A DNA stretch of 24,000 nt from the NCBI RefSeq assembly GCF_042651445.1, contig NZ_JBHSDC010000002.1, positions 679,148 through 703,147 of the forward strand, in the 5' to 3' direction. The number at the start of each line of letters is the position of its first letter. The first letter of the stretch is position 1. Origin of the DNA: Parasediminibacterium paludis. GTDB lineage: Bacteria > Bacteroidota > Bacteroidia > Chitinophagales > Chitinophagaceae. The notes below the pieces were generated by a model, which was not told where the DNA came from, did not search any database, and saw only the letters and a program-made list of their open reading frames with translations. This document shows, piece by piece, positions 16,813-22,451 of this stretch. Made by a program: the position numbers and the translations under genes.

Positions 16813-17004
16813 ATGGCAAAGAAAATCTTTAAGCTAATCAATGCAGCAACAAAAATTACAGAACTAAGAGACTTTCAAAAATTCAAATTTGAAAATCTGA
16901 AAGAAGGTAGTGAGCAATGGAAAATAGAATATCAATTGTTTTTAGAGTATGACCTACTCGTAAATGTAATTAATGACCACAACGATGGGAGCAAAACTTT
17001 GTAA
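16813..17004 (+). CDS. Hypothetical small protein (63 aa), 11 bp downstream of the zinc-ribbon ORF
   Basis: ATG ORF in a tight tandem arrangement, followed by a strong terminator. No recognisable motif. Confidence 0.5.
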   Translation: MAKKIFKLINAATKITELRDFQKFKFENLKEGSEQWKIEYQLFLEYDLLVNVINDHNDGSKTL

Positions 17005-17008
17005 TTTT

Positions 17009-17041
17009 AAAAGCGGTGAAGTTATCCTTCACCGCTTTTTT
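17009..17041. terminator. Bidirectional terminator between convergent ORFs
   Basis: AAGCGGTGAAG (17011-17021) and CTTCACCGCTT (27-37 of the 170xx block) form a perfect 11-bp stem with a 5-nt loop. A's lie upstream and TTTTTT downstream. The stop of the minus-strand 95-aa ORF lies in the loop. Confidence 0.8.
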
Positions 17042-17309
17042 CTTTAAATAAATCATTGTGCATCCGCTGAACTTCATGTTCCATAATATCAAAAATTTGC
17101 TCTTTTAATTTTGATATTCTTTCAGTTCCATTATAAAGAAGACCACCATCAATTTCATATAAAATAGACATTGCTTCTGTGCAAGAACCTAAGTAATCAT
17201 CAACCATTTCTTGTTCGCTTTCTAATGAATTATTCTCTAATTCATCATCATTCTTTTTTTCGTTTTCCATTTTTAAATTTTTAAAAAGTTCTTGTAGTAA
17301 GTTACTCAT
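17022..17309 (-). CDS. Hypothetical highly acidic small protein (95 aa)
   Basis: By my count 23 Asp/Glu against 10 Lys/Arg. There is an acidic N-terminal tract (ENEKKNDDELENNSLESEQEMVDD). The ATG is embedded in an 11-bp inverted repeat of the iteron motif. Confidence 0.6.
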   Translation of the reverse strand: MSNLLQELFKNLKMENEKKNDDELENNSLESEQEMVDDYLGSCTEAMSILYEIDGGLLYNGTERISKLKEQIFDIMEHEVQRMHNDLFKEKSGEG

Positions 17310-17481
17310 CTTACTACGTTACTACAATTGTAGTAAGATGCTAATTTTTATCTTACTACGCTAAAAATCAAACCAATAAAGGGTTTTGTTGATTTTGTAG
17401 TAAGTTGTAGTAAGTTGTTTTTTCTATCTTACTACACTAAAAGCCAATGCAGTAAAGGCTTTGACGGTTTTGTAGTAAGAT
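17292..17481. promoter_or_regulatory. Iteron field: at least 9 copies of GTAGTAAG/CTTACTAC in both orientations (candidate origin of replication or operator array)
   Basis: ATCTTACTAC at 17308-17317, 17350-17359 and 17426-17435. Its complement GTAGTAAGAT at 17330-17339 and 17472-17481. TTGTAGTAAGTT at 17292-17303, 17395-17406 and 17405-17416. A variant GTTACTAC at 17318-17325. The field lies between the stop of the primase gene (17491) and the start of the 95-aa ORF (17309). Confidence 0.75.
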
Positions 17482-17490
17482 AAAAGTGAA

Positions 17491-19605
17491 TTATACCTTT
17501 TTTATATAGTAACCTTTAACGGGAAACATTTTTTCTAGCCTTTTTGTACCTCTCACAAACCCTAATTTTTTAAGTACACTACCTATTTTTTTAAGACTTA
17601 GTTTGTTTGTATTTGCTCCTTTATGAATAACCATATATTGCAAAATGTCGTTTGCAGTCATAAAATTGCTTTCCTCTTGTTTACTATCAATAGCAAAATA
17701 TGTTGTAATCATTTCCTCCTCAATACTGCGTTCTTCGTAATCCCTATTTATTTCTTCGTTTTCCCTTTTCTCATCTAAGGTTAATTGATACTTAAAGCCA
17801 TTATCAAACAGGTATTTCGCTTCACACCAAACCTTATTTATATCAATATAATTGGGGCTGCCCTTTAACCAGTAGCCCTGTTCAAAACTATCAATCTCAA
17901 AACATAGCCATCTTGCGCTCCCTGTATCATCATTTAAAAACTCATCATTATTGGTACTACCTAAAAAATTAACTCGTCTAGGGTGAAACTGGCGGCGGCG
18001 GCCATAAGGTAAACGCTCGTTTATACTGGCCATACTTATTTTCGCTTTTAGTTGGTTTACATCGTATTTGCTCAAACTGGCTAATTCATCAAGGTTTATA
18101 ATAAAACTTGTTGCCAATGCAATAACTCCGTCTTTATCCATTGCTATATTTTCAACAAAATATTCGTTCAAAGCTGGGGGGCAAAGCCATCTACAAAAAG
18201 AACTTTTACCAATGGTTTGTTCTCGGTTTATAATAACAAAAACATGCTTGTTGAAGTTGTTATTTGTCATTTCTGTAACGGTGCTACATGCAACACAACG
18301 GACTAACATTTTCTTGAAATGCTTATTAAAACGCTCTTGGTTTTTGGCTTTAATTTTCTTACATAATTCGTCAATGTATGAAGGTTCGGTTTGTGGGTTG
18401 TATGTTAGAGAATTGAAATAATCAGTAATGGGATTGAAGAATTTTACAAAATCGCTGTCAAGCAATGATGCAGTTTTTGAAGGCGAATATTTAAAGTAGT
18501 TATGCTCTAATAAACGGCTAATTACATTCTCATTTGCTTCCATCCATAAATTATCATTGCCCTTTGCTTTGTACTCTGTTTTCTCATTTACGATGTTTTT
18601 TCTAAACTCAAACCGTTCGTTTAAAAAGTTTTCAACCTGTACAATTAAAGGGAGGTTTTTATTAGTAGGGTTGGGGTTAATTTGCTCAGTTTCTTTCTTC
18701 GCTTCAACTGTAATTTTCGAGCTGTTATTTGAAATGACAATTCCAAAATCTTTTGCTATACCAAAAAGGCTTTCCCATTTTCTGCTACCATTAGGATTTT
18801 TACAACAAGCTGTGTATTGTTCATCCGTTTTTTGTTGGTTGTAGTTTGATGCAATAGCACTAATTCTTTTAAAATAAGAACGTCCATTTTCACCCAAACC
18901 ATTCGCAATTGCAAAGGCAATGTCTCGCCATTCACTATATCCCTTTCTATTTGTAATATCAATATTTCGGGCTTCTAATTCCTTGCATAAAGCCTCAATA
19001 TCCTGTTGCTTTTTGTCTGTGGCAAATGGTATCTGTTTTCCTGAACTGGTATCTTCTGAAATTATAAAAACAGTGCTTTCTTGGTTGTAATAAAGTTTGC
19101 TATCAGCACTAATAAAAAATGCCCTGCAAACGTCTTTACAAGCTGTATCAATTACAAGGTTATACTTGTATTTAAAATAACTTTCTAGGGCTAAAAATGA
19201 AGGCTTATGCTTTGTGGCATCTATTTTAATGATTGCTTTTAGTCCTAAACCTCTAGGAGATAGAAATAGACTTAAAATAAACGCATCTTGCCTTAATAGT
19301 TCCCTTACGTGGTTGATATTAAAATTGGTTTGGTCTTTTGCATCAATATCAATTTGCATTAAACCGGAATGTTGTTGTAGGCTTTTTGCATCACGTTTAC
19401 CCGGTGCAAATATGCCTGAAAGAGTAGCATAGGGCAAAGCTGCTTTTATTGCGTCCTGTTGCTCACCAGTTGCCTTTCTTAAAGCAATTATTTGCTTAGA
19501 ATATTTACCCTGTTTTATCCAGTCAAGAAAAGTAGAAAGTTCGATTGTAGAATTTTGGTGTTCTCTACTTTTTAAAGGCGATGTGTAGAAAGAAAAATTA
19601 TACAT
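17491..19605 (-). CDS. Replication protein: BT4734-like AEP primase-polymerase N-domain plus a VirE/D5-type P-loop NTPase C-domain
   Basis: 704 aa. The N-terminal region with ...LMQIDIDAKD (DxD-type acidic motif) and ...LSPRGLGLKAII resembles the BT4734/VirE-N primase family. The central region resembles a PriCT-like segment (YSEWRDIAFAIAN). The C-terminal half has Walker A-like REQTIGKS (aa 461-468, nt 18202-18225) and Walker B FIINLDE (aa 501-507). Confidence 0.8.
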   Translation of the reverse strand: MYNFSFYTSPLKSREHQNSTIELSTFLDWIKQGKYSKQIIALRKATGEQQDAIKAALPYATLSGIFAPGKRDAKSLQQHSGLMQIDIDAKDQTNFNINHVRELLRQDAFILSLFLSPRGLGLKAIIKIDATKHKPSFLALESYFKYKYNLVIDTACKDVCRAFFISADSKLYYNQESTVFIISEDTSSGKQIPFATDKKQQDIEALCKELEARNIDITNRKGYSEWRDIAFAIANGLGENGRSYFKRISAIASNYNQQKTDEQYTACCKNPNGSRKWESLFGIAKDFGIVISNNSSKITVEAKKETEQINPNPTNKNLPLIVQVENFLNERFEFRKNIVNEKTEYKAKGNDNLWMEANENVISRLLEHNYFKYSPSKTASLLDSDFVKFFNPITDYFNSLTYNPQTEPSYIDELCKKIKAKNQERFNKHFKKMLVRCVACSTVTEMTNNNFNKHVFVIINREQTIGKSSFCRWLCPPALNEYFVENIAMDKDGVIALATSFIINLDELASLSKYDVNQLKAKISMASINERLPYGRRRQFHPRRVNFLGSTNNDEFLNDDTGSARWLCFEIDSFEQGYWLKGSPNYIDINKVWCEAKYLFDNGFKYQLTLDEKRENEEINRDYEERSIEEEMITTYFAIDSKQEESNFMTANDILQYMVIHKGANTNKLSLKKIGSVLKKLGFVRGTKRLEKMFPVKGYYIKKV

Positions 19606-19634
19606 TTGTGTCCTGTAGGTTTAAGTGATTTTAT

Positions 19635-19660
19635 AGGCTGCTTGGTAGGCAGCCTTTTTT
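19635..19660 (+). terminator. Hairpin plus T6, terminator-like in the plus orientation (faces the primase gene antisense)
   Basis: AGGCTGC (19635-19641) pairs with GCAGCCT (19649-19655) across a 7-nt loop, running into TTTTTT (19655-19660). Confidence 0.5.
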
Positions 19661-19665
19661 ATTGA

Positions 19666-19694
19666 ATAAAAAAGGTGCAACCGTAGTTGCACCT
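19666..19694 (-). terminator. Rho-independent terminator after the Xis/orf75 genes, upstream of the primase gene
   Basis: AGGTGCAAC (19673-19681) and GTTGCACCT (19686-19694) form a perfect 9-bp stem with a 4-nt loop. The A-run at 19667-19673 gives the U-tail on the minus strand. Confidence 0.7.
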
Positions 19695-19715
19695 CCTATT
19701 CAAGATTAATAGGAA

Positions 19716-19943
19716 TTAGCTATTAAAATTCTCGGTTAAATTCAAACTTTTTAAAGTCTTCTTTTTACCAGAACTATCTAGTTCAGCTAATTCAACTCTT
19801 ATGTTCTCATCCTTTTTGATACTGCGTTTACGCAAAATATCATATTGCTTTTCTGCATCGGATTTTGAAGCAAAAGTTTCTTGATACCCTTTTGTTTTAA
19901 CAACGAATTGGGCTGTTTCGCTGCCTTGTGTTTCATTTGCCAT
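19716..19943 (-). CDS. Hypothetical small protein (75 aa)
   Basis: ATG ORF, co-directional with and 46 bp downstream of the HTH gene. Lys/Glu-rich with no recognised motif. Confidence 0.55.
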   Translation of the reverse strand: MANETQGSETAQFVVKTKGYQETFASKSDAEKQYDILRKRSIKKDENIRVELAELDSSGKKKTLKSLNLTENFNS

Positions 19944-19989
19944 GATAATGGTTTTAATGATTAAATAATAATTATTAAAGAGTAGCTAC

Positions 19990-20268
19990 TCACAATTTAA
20001 TGGGCAAAACTTGCCTTGTCTTCAGTGCTTCTAACACTTCAGTTTTGCTGTAAAAAATTTTGTTATCAATACGGGTAAAAGGGATTTTACCGTCATTGCG
20101 CCACTTTTGTAGTGTAGTGGTGCTAATGCTAAAAAGCTGCATTACTTCTTCACTTGAAAGAAGTTTATCCTGTTGAATTTCTCTTTCAGAAAGTACCTTT
20201 CTGACTGTTTGCTCAATTTGAGAAATGAAATCAACTAAAGGGACAGAAATAATAATATTGCCTTGCAT
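19990..20268 (-). CDS. Excisionase/AlpA-type helix-turn-helix DNA-binding protein
   Basis: 92 aa. LLSSEEVMQLFSISTTTLQKWRNDGKIPFTRIDNKIFYSKTEVLEAL is the typical MerR-superfamily Xis/AlpA HTH pattern (..T.LQ.W...G.IP......K..Y....V...L). Confidence 0.75.
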   Translation of the reverse strand: MQGNIIISVPLVDFISQIEQTVRKVLSEREIQQDKLLSSEEVMQLFSISTTTLQKWRNDGKIPFTRIDNKIFYSKTEVLEALKTRQVLPIKL

Positions 20269-20338
20269 AACATTGAAATTGTTAGTGCAAATTGCAATTG
20301 GAATAAATCCTATAAAACTAAATTGGGGGACAAGAAAA

Positions 20339-21028
20339 TTAGTTGTCGGGGGATAGCTTATTTTTTTCTTTCTTCAATGCAAGTAATATTTTTTCTACTT
20401 TTTGGATAGTAGTATCATAAATTAGAACGTCAAAATCATATCCTTTTCTTTCGGCTATATCTTTTCGGGTTTGTTCAGCTTCAAATTTTTTACCAGTTAA
20501 AAAGTGAACCGCAAAACCAATTGCGGTATCATTTTTTTCAAATAATACATTTTCAGATGCTTTAAGAAAGAGTTGTAAAATTTGCTTTTGTTTAATTTCT
20601 TCTTTGGTATGAGAAATGCTTTTAGTTATATCTGTTTTTCTTTTAGCTATGTTGATTTTGTTTTCTTTCCAATACCTTTTTCCCGTTTTATTTTCCATTA
20701 TTTCAATCTCGCTTTTGACAAACATTTCAAAATCGAATAATAATGAAGATGTGTATTCAAAACTCATATATTCCTGAAATTCATTTTTAAAAGGCTGTTC
20801 AATTTGATATTTACAGAAAAATTTTAGATAGTCATTTTCAGAAATTGCTCCTTTTATTTTTTCAAGTAAGTCATATAAATTGTCTAGTTTAAGATTAATT
20901 TCTTCAAAACTGTCTAGCCATTTTGAGAAATTATCACCTTGAAATAATAAGTCGATTGGGTTGTAAATATTATTCTCATAATTCAAAAGTTGTATTCTAA
21001 AACTTTCAATATCAGTTTGTTGTGTCAT
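20339..21028 (-). CDS. Hypothetical protein (229 aa), start 2 bp after the integrase stop
   Basis: ATG at the complement of 21026-21028; the integrase stop codon occupies 21031-21033. Predicted helical and Lys/Glu/Phe-rich. No family recognised. Confidence 0.6.
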   Translation of the reverse strand: MTQQTDIESFRIQLLNYENNIYNPIDLLFQGDNFSKWLDSFEEINLKLDNLYDLLEKIKGAISENDYLKFFCKYQIEQPFKNEFQEYMSFEYTSSLLFDFEMFVKSEIEIMENKTGKRYWKENKINIAKRKTDITKSISHTKEEIKQKQILQLFLKASENVLFEKNDTAIGFAVHFLTGKKFEAEQTRKDIAERKGYDFDVLIYDTTIQKVEKILLALKKEKNKLSPDN

Positions 21029-21030
21029 AA

Positions 21031-22239
21031 TTATCTTTTTTGTGTTCTACTTAATTTCATTATTTCAACTTTATTAAAGTCATCATCGTTCTGTATATAC
21101 TTTTTAAGTGTTTGAAAACTGGCATGTCCTACAACACGCCTAACAACTTCTTGTGGTACGCCTATTTGAATGCAATTAGTTATAAAACTGTGCCTTGCAA
21201 CGTGCCAAGTCATCATTTCCCAAGCCTCAAATATTTCTTCTTTAGTTTGCCTACTTTGCTTTTGTGTGTAGTTAAAAGGTCTTACTAGGTTAGCTTTTTT
21301 ACCTATTTCTTTCAAATAGTCATTACCCTTTTGGTTTGATATTGTAGGCAATGGTTGGTTGTCGTTCCAGTATTTATTAAACAGTTCTAGGAGTTCAGGA
21401 ATAACAGGGATTTTAACAGGTTCGTTTGTCTTTAATGCTACTTTGTTTATAAAGCCATTTTGTAAGTGGATAGGCTTTAACGTTACTAGATCACTATAAC
21501 GCAACCCACAATAGCAACCCATTAAAAATAAGTCTCTCACCCTGTCTAATCGTGGCTCCAGTTCGACTTTTGAAAGTGCAATAATTTCATCGTGTTTTAA
21601 AAAGAAATGGTCTTTACCGTCTTCATTTGGGATTTTCCATTTTAGGTATTGTGAAGTAGTATGAAATGATTTTTCTTTTGCCCAATTGAGAAATGTTTTA
21701 AGGTTCTTAATGTAGAAACCAAAAGAGTTATCATACATGCCTAAAAAGTCTCTAAAACGCTTGTAAAAATCTGCATCAAAATCAGTAAAAGAAATTGGGG
21801 CTGAAAGTGTATCTGAATAGGTTTTCAAATACTTAAAAGTTGTATTGTAGCCCTTTACGGTTCTAGCTGCTTTGTCTGAACCATGACTTTCAATAAATTT
21901 TTGAAATAATGATAGCGGTTTAAAATCTTGTATTTCAATAGAGTTTGACCAGGCTAACTGTGAAACAATACTTTCTTTGTTTACCTGGTGTCCTAAACGT
22001 TCAAACTTTAAAACTATTCCTTCAATTTCATTTTGCTGTTCTTCAAAGATTGCGTTAAACTCATTGTAGTTGGCTCGTGTTCGTTTTACTTTTTGATTTT
22101 CCTTATCCCAATGCTTTTTTTCTATTGCTTGACCTGTACTAATCCTAAAACGGTTACCTTTATAGTGAACAGAATGATAAACCGTAACAGGTTTATCGAC
22201 CGTTAATTTATCCAAATTCAAGTTCAATTTTACTCCCAT
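21031..22239 (-). CDS. int: Tyrosine site-specific recombinase (integrase), Bacteroidota Arm/SAM-like/catalytic layout
   Basis: C-terminal catalytic motifs GLRYSDL (Arg), HVARHSFIT (H-x-x-R) and GHASFQTLKKY (His...Tyr). The N-terminus (VYHSVHYKGNRFRISTGQAIEKKHWD) resembles the Arm DNA-binding domain of Bacteroidota integrases. The start is set to the ATG at 22239 rather than the track's TTG at 22251. Confidence 0.9.
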   Translation of the reverse strand: MGVKLNLNLDKLTVDKPVTVYHSVHYKGNRFRISTGQAIEKKHWDKENQKVKRTRANYNEFNAIFEEQQNEIEGIVLKFERLGHQVNKESIVSQLAWSNSIEIQDFKPLSLFQKFIESHGSDKAARTVKGYNTTFKYLKTYSDTLSAPISFTDFDADFYKRFRDFLGMYDNSFGFYIKNLKTFLNWAKEKSFHTTSQYLKWKIPNEDGKDHFFLKHDEIIALSKVELEPRLDRVRDLFLMGCYCGLRYSDLVTLKPIHLQNGFINKVALKTNEPVKIPVIPELLELFNKYWNDNQPLPTISNQKGNDYLKEIGKKANLVRPFNYTQKQSRQTKEEIFEAWEMMTWHVARHSFITNCIQIGVPQEVVRRVVGHASFQTLKKYIQNDDDFNKVEIMKLSRTQKR

Positions 22240-22250
22240 GATTAAAAACA

Positions 22251-22274
22251 ACTTACAATTTAACTGACAGTTTT
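22251..22274 (+). promoter_or_regulatory. Subterminal 24-bp repeat, right copy (in the integrase leader)
   Basis: ACTTACAATTTAACTGACAGTTTT matches 16169-16192 at 21 of 24 positions. It lies 12 bp upstream of the int ATG on the opposite-strand numbering. Confidence 0.55.
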
Positions 22275-22385
22275 AAAGTTGTATCAAATTTATTGGAATT
22301 TTATTGAATTGTATGAAATATTTATCTACATTGCATTACAGACGAAAAGTAACACAATTGAAAACAAAAGAAATCAACATAATTT

Positions 22386-22402
22386 ATTCCTGTTCTGGGC
22401 AC
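22386..22402 (+). repeat. attR core (displaced 17-nt copy of the tRNA-Leu 3' end)
   Basis: ATTCCTGTTCTGGGCAC, identical to 16092-16108. The upstream sequence does not continue the tRNA. Confidence 0.85.
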
Positions 22403-22416
22403 GATAGAAAAGTATA

Positions 22417-22451
22417 ATCCCCTGTAAATTAAGTGTTTATAGGGGATTTTT
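22417..22451 (+). terminator. Probable original terminator of tRNA-Leu, now separated from the gene by the insertion
   Basis: ATCCCCTGTAAA (22417-22428) pairs with TTTATAGGGGAT (22436-22447) with one G-U pair, across a 7-nt loop, then a T-run to 22451. It starts 15 bp after the displaced tRNA 3' fragment. Confidence 0.65.

Larger units (their letters stand above)
16092..22402. mobile_element. ~6.3-kb integrative element inserted in the 3' end of tRNA-Leu(CAA), including both flanking 17-bp repeats
   Basis: Exact 17-bp direct repeat ATTCCTGTTCTGGGCAC at 16092-16108 (tRNA 3' end) and 22386-22402. A tyrosine integrase lies at the distal end, with an Xis-like HTH protein, a primase/P-loop replication gene and iterons inside. 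A native-looking tRNA terminator lies just outside the distal repeat. Confidence 0.85.

Noticed and set aside
17491-19605. Track ORFs 18068..18421(+), 18557..18844(+), 19214..19432(+) and 18756..18962(-) inside the primase gene
   Set aside because: They are antisense to, or out of frame with, a 704-aa ORF that has recognisable primase and P-loop motifs. Their translations are low-complexity.
16092-22402. The element as a prophage or a conjugative/mobilisable transposon
   Set aside because: At 6.3 kb with nine ORFs it has no capsid, terminase, tail or lysis candidates. It also has no relaxase, coupling-protein or T4SS candidates recognisable by size or motif. It is therefore described as a minimal replicative integrative (satellite-like) element, pending profile searches.
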